A stretch of DNA of 64,000 nucleotides, from NCBI GenBank assembly GCA_963772365.1, contig CAVYXA010000003.1:416001-480000 (forward strand), written 5' to 3'. Each line of letters begins with the position of its first letter. Within the stretch, counting starts at the first letter, position 1. Shown piece by piece: positions 19,165 through 29,241 of this stretch. The notes below the pieces were generated by a model. It saw only the letters and a list, made by a program, of their open reading frames with translations. It did not search any database and had not been told where the DNA came from. Position numbers and translations under genes: made by a program. The stretch comes from an uncultured Verrucomicrobiae bacterium. GTDB taxonomy: Bacteria; Verrucomicrobiota; Verrucomicrobiia; Chthoniobacterales; UBA10450.

Positions 19165-20565
19165 ATGAATTCGATGCCGCTCTCACAGATTGCTGCATTT
19201 GCTGGCGGAACGCTGGTTTCCGGAGATGGAACGACCTCGGTTTCAAAAGTCAGCACTGATTCGCGCACTTTGAAGTCGGGCGAATTGTTCATGGCGTTAC
19301 ACGGTGAAAATTTTGACGGCCATAAGTTTGTCGAGAATGCAGCGAAGGCTGGCGCGGCGGGAGCGATTGTCGATGTTAATTGGAAAGGCAAAACGCAAAC
19401 CGGATTTGCGTTAATTCGGGTGGAAGACACGCTCGCAGCCTATCAAAATCTCGCCGCGAACTATCGAAAATCGCTTTCGATCAAAGTTCTCGCCATTACC
19501 GGAAGCAACGGGAAAACAAGCACGAAGGATTTCGTTGCTTCGGTGCTCGGCAGAAAATTTCGAGTCACGAAGACGGAAGGCAATTTCAATAATCACGTCG
19601 GACTCTCGCGCACGATTTTGGAAGCGACATCAAACGACCAGGTTGGCGTTTGGGAAATCGGAATGAATCATCCGGGTGAAATTGCGGCGCTGGCCAAGAT
19701 TGCGGCAGCCGATTTCGCCATTATCACAAACATCGGCGTCGCCCACATTGAGTTCATGGGAACGCGCGAAGCAATCGCCAAAGAAAAAGGAGCGTTGGCA
19801 GAGGCGGTTGGCTCGCAGGGGATAGTCATTTTGAATGCGGACGATCCGTTCAGCAAAAGCATTGCAGAACGAACCCGTGCCAGAGTGGTTTTTGCCGGCA
19901 CCGCAGCGGGAACGATCCGCGCCGGTGAAATTACCCAAAGTGCGAATGGATCCGATTTCACCATTCTGGAAGGAGCGCATCGTTGTCGCGCTCAACTACC
20001 AGTGCCCGGATTGCATATGGTGCAAAACGCCATGCTGGCCGTGGCCGCCGGACGCGTATTCGGTCTTTCGCTGGAAGAAAGCGCAGCTGGTCTCGCTGCG
20101 GCGCCGCTCACCAAAGCGCGTTTGCAGATCAAAGAGATTCGCGGCGTTCAGTTCATCGACGACAGCTACAACGCGAACCCGGACTCGATGAAAGCGGCCT
20201 TGCGCACACTGGTGGAATTGGACGCGGATGGGAAACGAATCGCCGTCTTGGGTGAGATGCGCGAGCTGGGCGCGGAATCAGAATCCGGCCACCGCGAAGT
20301 AGGCGAAACCGCGGCCGCGCTCGGTGTTGATTACGTGATCGCTATTGGCGATGTCGCCGCAGGAATTGCTGACGCCGCAAAACGAGCCGGACTGGAAAAA
20401 AGCACGGCAGTAGGATCGACATCCGAAGCGGTTGATTTGTTAGACGAGATCGCTCAACCGGGTGATCTCGTTTTGATCAAGGGAAGCCGTCTCGCTCGCA
20501 CGGAAAAAGTAATCGAGCAGTTCGATCTTCGTCATTCCTCATTCGCCGCTCACGATTCGCCATGA
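19165..20565 (+). CDS. murF: UDP-MurNAc-tripeptide--D-Ala-D-Ala ligase
   Basis: GSNGKTSTK, NFNNHVG, DDSYNANP, LIKGSR. Confidence 0.97.
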   Translation: MNSMPLSQIAAFAGGTLVSGDGTTSVSKVSTDSRTLKSGELFMALHGENFDGHKFVENAAKAGAAGAIVDVNWKGKTQTGFALIRVEDTLAAYQNLAANYRKSLSIKVLAITGSNGKTSTKDFVASVLGRKFRVTKTEGNFNNHVGLSRTILEATSNDQVGVWEIGMNHPGEIAALAKIAAADFAIITNIGVAHIEFMGTREAIAKEKGALAEAVGSQGIVILNADDPFSKSIAERTRARVVFAGTAAGTIRAGEITQSANGSDFTILEGAHRCRAQLPVPGLHMVQNAMLAVAAGRVFGLSLEESAAGLAAAPLTKARLQIKEIRGVQFIDDSYNANPDSMKAALRTLVELDADGKRIAVLGEMRELGAESESGHREVGETAAALGVDYVIAIGDVAAGIADAAKRAGLEKSTAVGSTSEAVDLLDEIAQPGDLVLIKGSRLARTEKVIEQFDLRHSSFAAHDSP

Positions 20566-21662
20566 TGTATTATCTTCATCGCTTCAGCGAGCAGTTTGGC
20601 GGATTCAATGTTTTTTCGTACGTCACCTTTCGCGCCGTGGCCGCCGCAGTCACCGCATTTGTGCTTTCGTTGATTTTCGGAAACTGGGTCATCGATAGAC
20701 TGACCGCGCTCAAGCTCGGCCAACCGATTCGTCTGGCAGCAGAAGTTCATCGTTTGGCCGAGCTGCATGGAGGTAAACAGGGGACTCCCACGATGGGCGG
20801 TGTGCTAATCATCGGCGCGGTCTTCATTTCCAGTGTGCTTTGGGCCCGGCCGGATAATCGCTTCGTCTGGCTTGCTCTCTTTGCCTTGCTTTACCTCGGC
20901 GCGCTCGGATTTGCCGACGATTATCTGAAGGTGACCCACAAGAAATCCGCAGGGGTCAGCGGCCGTTACAAATTGCTGTTTCAAATCATTCTGGTCGGGA
21001 TTGTGACGGCGGTTTTTCTCACCAGTCCATTGCTTCAGGTGCAGGCGCGTTCGCTTTACGTGCCGTTCATCAAGGCGCCGGTGATCGACAACATGGGCTG
21101 GTTCACTTTTTTCTTCTTCGCACTGGTGGTGGTGGGAGCGTCCAACGCGGTCAATCTCACGGATGGTCTCGATGGCCTCGCTACCGGTTGCACTGTGACC
21201 GTGGCCTTTGCCTACGCGCTCCTCTCCTACGCGGCCGGAAATTTCCGCATCGCCGAATATCTTCAGGTTCCGTTCTATCCGTTCACCGGCGAGCTTACGG
21301 TTGTTTGTGCAGCGCTCATCGGCGCCGGGCTCGGCTTTCTCTGGTTCAATTGTCATCCCGCGAAAGTTTTCATGGGGGATACGGGCTCGCTCGCCATTGG
21401 CGGGATGATCGGTGTGGTGGCGATTTGTTGTAAACAAGAACTACTTTTGGCCGTGGTGGGCGGGGTCTTCGTTATCGAAGCCGTATCTGTGATTTTGCAG
21501 GTAATTAGCTTTAAAACCACTGGGCGCCGCATTTTCGCAATGTCGCCGATCCATCATCACTTCGAATTGATAGGCTGGAAAGAGAACACCGTGATCGTCC
21601 GGTTCTGGATTTTGTCGGCAATTTTCGCCTTGCTAGGGCTGGCCACCTTAAAACTGCGATGA
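20562..21662 (+). CDS. mraY: Phospho-MurNAc-pentapeptide transferase
   Basis: GTPTMGG, NAVNLTDGLDGLA, FMGDTGS, PIHHHFE. Confidence 0.98.
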   Translation: MMYYLHRFSEQFGGFNVFSYVTFRAVAAAVTAFVLSLIFGNWVIDRLTALKLGQPIRLAAEVHRLAELHGGKQGTPTMGGVLIIGAVFISSVLWARPDNRFVWLALFALLYLGALGFADDYLKVTHKKSAGVSGRYKLLFQIILVGIVTAVFLTSPLLQVQARSLYVPFIKAPVIDNMGWFTFFFFALVVVGASNAVNLTDGLDGLATGCTVTVAFAYALLSYAAGNFRIAEYLQVPFYPFTGELTVVCAALIGAGLGFLWFNCHPAKVFMGDTGSLAIGGMIGVVAICCKQELLLAVVGGVFVIEAVSVILQVISFKTTGRRIFAMSPIHHHFELIGWKENTVIVRFWILSAIFALLGLATLKLR

Positions 21663-22999
21663 ACCAGCCTAATTACGAGAACAAGGATGTTGCCGTTCTT
21701 GGCGCCGGATTGAGCGGAACCGCTGCGGCGCTTCTGCTTCGATCGAAAGGAGCAAACGTTACCGTCCTTGACAGCGCCGACGAAAAAAACCTGCTGAAAT
21801 CCACCATCGACAATCTTCGCCAGGAAAGCATTCGCGTAATTTGTGGACTGCAAGCGGCGAAAGATTCCTCGGTCTGTCAACTCGCGGTTTTGAGTCCTGG
21901 AATCGATCCGGCCTCGGCGCTGGCGCGCAATTTTTCCGGGCGCAACATCGACATCATCGGTGAGCTCGAGCTTGGTTGGCAGTTCTGTGACATTCCAGTC
22001 ATCGCCATTACCGGCACGAATGGTAAAACCACAACCACCGAACTACTCGCGCAGATGCTGAACGCATGCGGTCAACGAACCATCGCCTGCGGCAACATCG
22101 GCAAGCCGCTTTCTGAAGTTGCCCGCGAGCGGAAATCATTTGATGTGCTCACGGTCGAGGTGAGCTCGTTTCAACTGGAAACGGTTCGGACGTTTCGTCC
22201 TTCGATCAGTCTTTGGCTTAATTTCGCTCCCGATCATCTCGATCGTTATCGCTCGGTGGGCGATTATCGCACCGCAAAACTTCGCATTTTTGAAAATCAA
22301 ACGGAGAACGACGTCGCCGTCGTCAATGCGGCGGAAAGGCTTCCCAAAATTCGGCCGCGCAGGATTACTTTCAGCGCTTACTCCGATCAGGCGGACTTCC
22401 GCCTCTCTGCGGGCGCAATTATTTACCAAAATGAAGAGATTCTTCGGCTGGCCGACACAAAATTGCGCGGTTCCCATAACATTGAAAACCTGATGGCGAC
22501 GCTGGCGGCCGGCATGGCGCGCGGTCTCTCATTTAAGGAAATGGTGCCGCCGCTTTGCAGCTATCAACCGCAGCCACATCGCTGTGAATTTGTGCGTGAA
22601 ATCCGTGGGGTCACTTACATCAATGATTCCAAAGCGACGAATCTTGATGCCGTGGAAAAAGCCTTGCGCGCGCAAACCAAGCCGATCGTCCTCATCGCCG
22701 GCGGAAAAGACAAAGGCTTCACGTTCGATCCGCTTCGAGATCTGGTGAAAGAGAAAGTTCGATCGACAATTTTACTCGGTGAAATGGCGCAAAGCATCGC
22801 GCGCTCGTGGAATGGTGCGACCGGGATCGACATTGTCAATTCCCTGGCCGGCGCGGTTGAGAAAGCTCACGCGATCGCCAAGCCGGGCGAAATCGTCCTT
22901 TTTTCTCCAGGCACATCTTCCTTCGACATGTTCAAAAGTTATGCCGATCGCGGCGATCAGTTTCGCGCGCTCGTGCAAGCACTCCCCAAAACAAAATGA
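21659..22999 (+). CDS. murD: UDP-MurNAc-L-Ala--D-Glu ligase
   Basis: GTNGKTTT, EVSSFQLE, DHLDRY, NDSKATN, SFDMF. Confidence 0.97.
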   Translation: MNQPNYENKDVAVLGAGLSGTAAALLLRSKGANVTVLDSADEKNLLKSTIDNLRQESIRVICGLQAAKDSSVCQLAVLSPGIDPASALARNFSGRNIDIIGELELGWQFCDIPVIAITGTNGKTTTTELLAQMLNACGQRTIACGNIGKPLSEVARERKSFDVLTVEVSSFQLETVRTFRPSISLWLNFAPDHLDRYRSVGDYRTAKLRIFENQTENDVAVVNAAERLPKIRPRRITFSAYSDQADFRLSAGAIIYQNEEILRLADTKLRGSHNIENLMATLAAGMARGLSFKEMVPPLCSYQPQPHRCEFVREIRGVTYINDSKATNLDAVEKALRAQTKPIVLIAGGKDKGFTFDPLRDLVKEKVRSTILLGEMAQSIARSWNGATGIDIVNSLAGAVEKAHAIAKPGEIVLFSPGTSSFDMFKSYADRGDQFRALVQALPKTK

Positions 23000-23577
23000 A
23001 AATCCCCAGAATTCTTCGACGCAAAAAACTTCGAGCTACCACTGCGGCGCGCCGGTCGCTTCGTGCTTCTGCCGAAATGGGCTACGACGATTTGTCGGAA
23101 CCGAACATGAAGTTGTCGCGCGCGCTTTTGATTGTCTTGCTGCTGCACATTGTCGCAGTTTCCGGAATCGTCGCTTTCAACGCGATCAAAAGCCGCCAGG
23201 GATCGTTCGTGAAAGCGGCATTAGGGAAAAAGACGTTGGCAGTTCGGCAAAATATCCAGCCGCCGACGAATTCGCCGGTGCGGAGCGAACAGAGCAAACA
23301 AAATACCCGCGTTTCCCGGGTCGTACCATCGACAACGGAGAAACCAAAAGGAGCGGAAACGGCAGTTAAAGCGTCCGAGCGTGATTCTAAGCCAGTTGAT
23401 TCCGGCAAGGTTTACGTCGTCGTAAAAGGAGATAACCCGGTCACGATCGCGAAGAAATTCAAAGTCGCCTACGACGATTTAATGGAGCTCAACCATATCG
23501 AAGATCCGAGAAAATTACAGATCGGCACGAAACTATCGATTCCCGAATCAGTAAAGCAAAGGAAGGCAGGCGAATGA
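22996..23577 (+). CDS. Membrane-anchored LysM domain protein
   Basis: One TM helix; C-terminal YVVVKGDNPVTIAKKFKV…LQIGTKLSIP. Confidence 0.9.
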   Translation: MKIPRILRRKKLRATTAARRSLRASAEMGYDDLSEPNMKLSRALLIVLLLHIVAVSGIVAFNAIKSRQGSFVKAALGKKTLAVRQNIQPPTNSPVRSEQSKQNTRVSRVVPSTTEKPKGAETAVKASERDSKPVDSGKVYVVVKGDNPVTIAKKFKVAYDDLMELNHIEDPRKLQIGTKLSIPESVKQRKAGE

Positions 23578-23628
23578 CAGGGAGGGTGGTCAAAGTTTTT
23601 TGGCGAGCGCACGCGCCTTCGAATCCAC

Positions 23629-24771
23629 ATGCATCGTAAGAGCGCGTACATTCTTTTTCTGGCTGTGCTGGCGCTGCTGGTGATCGGCATCGTGATGCTT
23701 TTCAGCACCAGCGCATTTGCCCGTGATAGTCACGGCGATGTCCTGTTTTTCATTAAACGACAGGCGATCTGGCTCGCTGTCGGACTGTCGATCTGCGCGG
23801 CAGCCGCGCTGGTGGATTATCATTTCTGGCAACGCACCTGGTGGATTTGGTTGGCCGTTGCGCTCGTGGCTTTGGCGCTTTGCTTTGTGCCTCATGTCGG
23901 CCTGCGCCTCAATGGCTCGCGGCGTTGGATCGGTTTTGGCCAGGTGGCCTTTCAACCCTCGGAGATTGCAAAGATTGCTGTCGTTCTTTTTCTGGCGTGG
24001 TGGTTTTCGCGTTATGAAAAAGTAATGAGCAATCCGCTTCACAGTTTTCTTTTGCCACTCGCCATCGTCGGTTGCCTGCTCGCGCTGATACTATTTGAAG
24101 TGGATCTTGGGACGACAGCATTGCTGGTGGCGACCGTATTTGTGATCATGTTTGTTGCCGGCGCAAATCCTGTAGTGCTAGGTCTGATTACCTCCATCGG
24201 TCTTGGCGGCATTTTCGTTGTCGCTACGCAAATCTCCGAACGAATGGGCAGGCTCTCCGCATTTCTCGATCCGCAACGCTTCAAGGAAGACGCCGGCTTG
24301 CAGCAAATGCAGGCGTTGATCGCGCTCGGCAGCGGAGGAATGGACGGTCTGGGCCTGGGCAATGGCCGACAGAAAATGCTCTATCTTCCTTACGCGCATA
24401 CCGATTTCATTTTCCCGATCATCGGCGAGGAACTTGGCCTTCGGTTCAGCTTGCTCGTCGTTTTCCTCTTCATCGTCATTATTGTTTGCGGAATCATTAT
24501 TGCGCTCCACGCCAAGGATCGGTTTGGACTGCTCGTTGGCTGCGGCGTGGTTTCGTTGCTCGGATTGCAAGCCGCGGTAAACATCGGCGTCACGACATCG
24601 CTCCTGCCAAACAAAGGATTACCATTGCCATTCATCAGTTATGGTGGTTCCAACCTTGTTGCCTGTTTATTTGGAATCGGGTTGCTGTTGAATATTTATC
24701 GCCAGGGAATTTTCGAGCCGCGCAATCAGAAACAGCACTCCATGCACGCGCGGATCACGCCACGAATCTAA
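23629..24771 (+). CDS. ftsW: SEDS peptidoglycan polymerase FtsW
   Basis: GSRRWI, FQPSE, LPYAHTDFIF, LPFISYGGS. Confidence 0.95.
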   Translation: MHRKSAYILFLAVLALLVIGIVMLFSTSAFARDSHGDVLFFIKRQAIWLAVGLSICAAAALVDYHFWQRTWWIWLAVALVALALCFVPHVGLRLNGSRRWIGFGQVAFQPSEIAKIAVVLFLAWWFSRYEKVMSNPLHSFLLPLAIVGCLLALILFEVDLGTTALLVATVFVIMFVAGANPVVLGLITSIGLGGIFVVATQISERMGRLSAFLDPQRFKEDAGLQQMQALIALGSGGMDGLGLGNGRQKMLYLPYAHTDFIFPIIGEELGLRFSLLVVFLFIVIIVCGIIIALHAKDRFGLLVGCGVVSLLGLQAAVNIGVTTSLLPNKGLPLPFISYGGSNLVACLFGIGLLLNIYRQGIFEPRNQKQHSMHARITPRI

Positions 24772-24790
24772 TGAGACGAATGTTTCACAA

Positions 24791-25888
24791 ATGAACGCCG
24801 TTATCGCATGCGGAGGAACGGGGGGACATCTCTTTCCCGGGATTGCGGTGGCCGAAGTGCTGCGCGATCGCGGACATCAGGTGATGTTGCTCGTCTCGGA
24901 AAAAGAGATCGACATGCTCGCACTCTCCGGTCATGCCGATTTTCGATTTGAGAAACTGCCGACGGTCGGATTCTCTTCGGCATTTTCACCGGCGTTCTTT
25001 GGTTTTCTGGGACGCTTCACCGGCAGCTTGTCGATCTGCCGCTCGCTCTATCGCAAGTTCAAGCCCCAGGTTGTTCTTGGTATGGGCGGTTTCACGTCCA
25101 CAGCTCCGGTCCTGGCCGGTCGGATGCACGGTGTCCCCACTTTCATCCACGAATCGAATGCGATTCCCGGTAAAGCGAACCGATGGGCTGCACGTTTCGT
25201 TCGCGCCGTCATGCTCGGATTCAAGGAGTGCGCTCCGTTCTTTCCGAAAGTAAAAACGGAAGTCACCGGCACACCGATTCGCACTGAGCTCAAGCGACTG
25301 GATCGACGTCTTGCCCGGCAGAAACTCCGGTTGCGCGATGACTTGCCGACCCTGCTCGTGATGGGCGGGAGTCAGGGGGCAAGCGGGATTAATCAGGCCA
25401 TTATTAAATCGCTTCCATTACTCCGCGACGCACCTCTTCAAATTATTCATCTCTCCGGCGCACGTGACGAGCGTCTGGTGGCTGATAATTACCGGCGCGA
25501 GAATATTCCCGCGTATGTAGCCGCGTTTCATCATGAGATGGAAGAGTTGTATAGCGCTGCCGATCTGGTGATCGCCCGGGCTGGCGCAGCCAGTCTCTCC
25601 GAGATCGCATTCTTCGCCTTGCCAGCCATTTTGATTCCATATCCCTACGCCACCGACGATCACCAAACTCGTAACGCGGAAATCTTTGTGAAAGCCGGAG
25701 CAGCGATTCTGCTGAAAGAATCGGAACTCGAAGTCGAATTACTCGCGCGCAAAATCAAGGAATTGATCAGCGATCCAAAACTACTCCAGACGATGTCGCA
25801 ACATTGTGGCAACCTCGCACCGAAGAACGCCGCCAGCCTTGTGGTTTCAACAATGGAGAAATACACGACTCATGAGGCGCGCCTCTGA
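24791..25888 (+). CDS. murG: Lipid II GlcNAc transferase
   Basis: GGTGGHLFP, HESNAIPG, GGSQGA, RAGA, HQTRNA. Confidence 0.97.
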   Translation: MNAVIACGGTGGHLFPGIAVAEVLRDRGHQVMLLVSEKEIDMLALSGHADFRFEKLPTVGFSSAFSPAFFGFLGRFTGSLSICRSLYRKFKPQVVLGMGGFTSTAPVLAGRMHGVPTFIHESNAIPGKANRWAARFVRAVMLGFKECAPFFPKVKTEVTGTPIRTELKRLDRRLARQKLRLRDDLPTLLVMGGSQGASGINQAIIKSLPLLRDAPLQIIHLSGARDERLVADNYRRENIPAYVAAFHHEMEELYSAADLVIARAGAASLSEIAFFALPAILIPYPYATDDHQTRNAEIFVKAGAAILLKESELEVELLARKIKELISDPKLLQTMSQHCGNLAPKNAASLVVSTMEKYTTHEARL

Positions 25889-28199
25889 TCCTGCAGTGAG
25901 CGAACTTGACCGCTTGGAGCCGTCCACTCTGACAGCTCTGTTCACGCGTGAGCGGCACAGGATTCATCTCGTTGGCGTAGCCGGCAGCGGCATGAGCGGG
26001 ATTGCTGCGCTTTTGCTCGAGCTCGGGCACGACGTCAGTGGCTCGGACAAAGCCAGTACAGTGGAGACCGATCGATTGCAGCGTCTCGGTTTGCGTTTTC
26101 ACCATGGTCATCGCGATGAAGACGCCAGCGCCGCCGAGCTGGTCATTTATTCCTCGGCGATCAAGATCGACAATCCCATCTTGTTGGACGCGCGGGACTC
26201 CGGGAAACCAATGATTCGCCGCGCGGAAGCGCTCTCTGCGATCATGCGGGGAAAGCGCGGCATCGTCGTGGCCGGAATGCACGGCAAGACAACGACGTCG
26301 GCGATGACAGCTCACGTTTTGCGCGAAGGTGGATTACATCCATCACATTATGTCGGCGCCGAGATTCCGATCCTCGGGACGAACGCGCATTGGGACCCGC
26401 GAGGCGAATATTTCGTGGCGGAGGGAGACGAAAGCGATGGAACACTCCGCTTCTTTAATCCCGAGCATTCGCTCATTCTGAACATCGAGGAAGAGCATCT
26501 GGATTTTTACAAGGACCTTGCTGCAATCGAAGAAGTCTTTACGCAATTGATCAACCAAACCAGCGGCATGGTTTTTCACTGTGGCGATGATGCCAATTGC
26601 ATCCGGCTATGCGTGAAACACAAACGCGCGATCTCCTACGGCTTTTCCGAAAAAGCCGACTATCGTGCCGCGGACATCGAACTGCGCGATTTCGCATCGG
26701 TCTTTTGCGTTCATCGACGCGGTGAGCGCCTGGGAGAAGCAGTATTGAATGTTCCGGGCCGGCATAACGTGCAGAACGCAGTGGGTGTAATCGCGCTGGC
26801 TACCGAACTCGGGATTCCATTCGAGAAAATAGCCACTTCGCTGCGGAAATTCGAGCACGCGCGCCGCCGATTCGAGATCAAATACGACAGCGACCGCTTT
26901 CTGCTTATTGATGATTACGGCCATCATCCGACAGAGATTCGCGCGACGCTCAGGACGGCGCGGGCCACGCAACGCAAGCGCGTGCTGACGATGTTTCAGC
27001 CGCATCGCTATTCGCGAACCAAAGCACTGGCAAAAGAATTTGGGGGCGCCTTTGACGACGCCGATCAAGTCGTGGTGACGGACGTGTATCCCGCGAGCGA
27101 ATCTCCGATTCCGGGAATTAGCGGCCAAACAATCGCGGACGAAATTGCAGCGCACGGACATCGCGGAGTCAGCTACCAACCGCGCCTCGAATGGGTGCAT
27201 CGCGACGTGGGAAACATGCTCGATACCGGCGATCTCGTTCTCAGTCTCGGTGCCGGGAACATTCATGAGCAATTGTCGATCCTCGCTGCCGATCTCGTGA
27301 TCGCGGAAAAATTAAAATCGATTATTGGCGAAGAAGGAGACGTTCGTCTGTACGAACCACTTTCGAAGCACACGACACTTCGCGTCGGCGGGCCGGCCCA
27401 ATATTGGGTGGAACCTCGAACGGAAAACGCGCTGGCGGAATTAATCCGCTTTTGCCGGCGCGAGGATCTCCCGCTCTTTGTGATTGGGCGAGGATCGAAC
27501 CTGCTGGTGCGCGACGCCGGAATTCGCGGTGTGGTGGTTCACCCGCATGGCGGCGATTTCGACAGGATTGAAATTGGCGCAAACGAAATCATTGCCGGCG
27601 CCGGCGCGAAATTTAAAGATGTGGCATACGCGGGCAAAGCCGCTGGTCTCGCTGGATTAGAATGGATGGAAGGAATTCCCGGAACCGTCGGCGGCGGATT
27701 ACGGATGAACGCCGGAGCGATGGGTACCGAGACCTTCGAACATGTGCTGAGGATTCGCTATCTCGATACAAATGGTGCCGCGCACGAAAACACACGCGAG
27801 CAACTCGAAGTCGAATATCGGCATTTTCCGCTCTTGAAAAAGAACTTCGCCGTCTCTGCGGTTTTTCGCGCTACGCCTGCTTCCACAGAGGAAATTGTGC
27901 GCAAATTGGAGGAGTCGCAGGAAAAACGCCGCACCACTCAACCGGCAGCCAAGAGTGCCGGGTGCATCTTCAAAAATCCTGATGCATGTCCCGCTGGAAA
28001 ATTAGTAGACGAATTGGGACTAAAAAATTCACGGGTTGGCAAAGCGCGCGTATCAGAGGTGCACGGCAACTTCATTGTGAATGACGGCGGAGCGACCGCG
28101 GCGGAAATGTTGGAATTGATCGAGAGGATCAAGGCGACGGCACGCGCAAAGCGTGGCATCGAGCTGGAGACCGAAGTGCAAATCGTGGGAGAAGATTGA
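25872..28199 (+). CDS. murC: Fused MurC (N-terminal)-MurB (C-terminal)
   Basis: MurC motifs GVAGSGMS, HGKTTT, EGDESD, DDYGHHPTE; MurB motifs RVGGPA, GRGSNLL, IPGTVGG, MNAGA, SAGCIFKNP, HGNFIVN, LETEV; one ORF. Confidence 0.95.
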   Translation: MRRASDPAVSELDRLEPSTLTALFTRERHRIHLVGVAGSGMSGIAALLLELGHDVSGSDKASTVETDRLQRLGLRFHHGHRDEDASAAELVIYSSAIKIDNPILLDARDSGKPMIRRAEALSAIMRGKRGIVVAGMHGKTTTSAMTAHVLREGGLHPSHYVGAEIPILGTNAHWDPRGEYFVAEGDESDGTLRFFNPEHSLILNIEEEHLDFYKDLAAIEEVFTQLINQTSGMVFHCGDDANCIRLCVKHKRAISYGFSEKADYRAADIELRDFASVFCVHRRGERLGEAVLNVPGRHNVQNAVGVIALATELGIPFEKIATSLRKFEHARRRFEIKYDSDRFLLIDDYGHHPTEIRATLRTARATQRKRVLTMFQPHRYSRTKALAKEFGGAFDDADQVVVTDVYPASESPIPGISGQTIADEIAAHGHRGVSYQPRLEWVHRDVGNMLDTGDLVLSLGAGNIHEQLSILAADLVIAEKLKSIIGEEGDVRLYEPLSKHTTLRVGGPAQYWVEPRTENALAELIRFCRREDLPLFVIGRGSNLLVRDAGIRGVVVHPHGGDFDRIEIGANEIIAGAGAKFKDVAYAGKAAGLAGLEWMEGIPGTVGGGLRMNAGAMGTETFEHVLRIRYLDTNGAAHENTREQLEVEYRHFPLLKKNFAVSAVFRATPASTEEIVRKLEESQEKRRTTQPAAKSAGCIFKNPDACPAGKLVDELGLKNSRVGKARVSEVHGNFIVNDGGATAAEMLELIERIKATARAKRGIELETEVQIVGED

Positions 28200-28201
28200 T
28201 G

Positions 28202-28306
28202 CGTCATTCTGAGCGGAGCGAAACGAAGTGGAGCGCAGTCGAAGAATCCCGCGAAATTCCCTTCGAGGTGGTCTCACGGGATCCCTCGACTTCACTCGGG
28301 ATGACG
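28202..28306. repeat. Palindromic intergenic element of the GTCATTCTGAGC…GGGATGAC type
   Basis: Ends CGTCATTCTGAG / CTCGGGATGACG; inner pairing AGTCGAAGAATCCCG / CGGGATCCCTCGACT. Confidence 0.75.
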
Positions 28307-28308
28307 AT

Positions 28309-29241
28309 ATGAATCCGATCCCTTACAAGAAGATTGCGATTTTAATGGGCGGGCCCGGTTCCGAACGCGATGTTTCACTCGCCACCGGGCGCGGAATGGC
28401 AAAAGCGCTCCGATCGTTAGGCACAGAGGTCATCGAGGTCGATGTACGCGATGAGAAATTTCCACTTCCGTCCGATGTCGATCTTGCCTTCATCGCCTTA
28501 CACGGCACGTTTGGCGAGGACGGTCAGGTCCAGAAAATTCTCGAAGACCGCGGCGTGGCTTATACCGGCGACGGTGTAAAGGAGAGCGAGATCGCCTTCG
28601 ACAAAATTCGGTCGAAAGAAAAATTTCGTGAACACGGGGTGAAAACGCCCGAGTGGGAAGTTCTGCGTCCGGGTGAACGCCCAAGGTTGGATGTGCCGAT
28701 CGTGGTCAAACCATCGCGGCAAGGATCGACAGTTGGTGTTCACATTGTGAAAAAGAACGAGGAAGTCGAGCAAGCGCTGGCCGATGCGGCGAAGTTCGAC
28801 AGCGATCTGTTGATCGAAAAATTTATTCCCGGCCGCGAATTGACCATCGGAATTCTGGGCAATCAAGCCCTGCCGATCATCGAGATCATTCCGAAAGGTG
28901 GCTTCTACGATTTTGCCACGAAGTATCCCTTTTTAAATCCGCAAGCGGGGGCGAGCGCCCAGCACGTTTGCCCCGCTAAGATCGAGAAAGACAAAACGCG
29001 CGAGATTCAAGAGCTGGCGTTGCGGGCATTTCGCGCGCTGGGGTTGAAGGTTTATGGACGCGTCGATTTGATTTTGCCGGATAGCGGCGCTGCGACGGTG
29101 CTGGAAGTAAACACGATTCCCGGAATGACGGAGACGAGTCTCCTGCCGGAAGCGGCAGCAGCGGCGGGAATCGGCTATGTCGATCTTTGTGTGCGGATTA
29201 TTGAGCTTTCGCGCGCGCGAACAAAAGGAGCGATGCAATGA
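28309..29241 (+). CDS. ddl: D-alanine--D-alanine ligase
   Basis: GGPGSERDVS, LHGTFGEDG, GSTVGV, EVNTIPGMT. Confidence 0.97.
   Translation: MNPIPYKKIAILMGGPGSERDVSLATGRGMAKALRSLGTEVIEVDVRDEKFPLPSDVDLAFIALHGTFGEDGQVQKILEDRGVAYTGDGVKESEIAFDKIRSKEKFREHGVKTPEWEVLRPGERPRLDVPIVVKPSRQGSTVGVHIVKKNEEVEQALADAAKFDSDLLIEKFIPGRELTIGILGNQALPIIEIIPKGGFYDFATKYPFLNPQAGASAQHVCPAKIEKDKTREIQELALRAFRALGLKVYGRVDLILPDSGAATVLEVNTIPGMTETSLLPEAAAAAGIGYVDLCVRIIELSRARTKGAMQ

Noticed and set aside
18234..19430. Long antisense ORFs (398 aa here; also 10289..11248, 30319..31056, 43468..44325, 52648..53475)
   Set aside because: Shadow ORFs opposite well-supported genes, with no recognisable motifs.
28228..28308. N-terminal extension of Ddl in the ORF track
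   Set aside because: It is translation through the palindromic repeat; the family-like start is ATG 28309.
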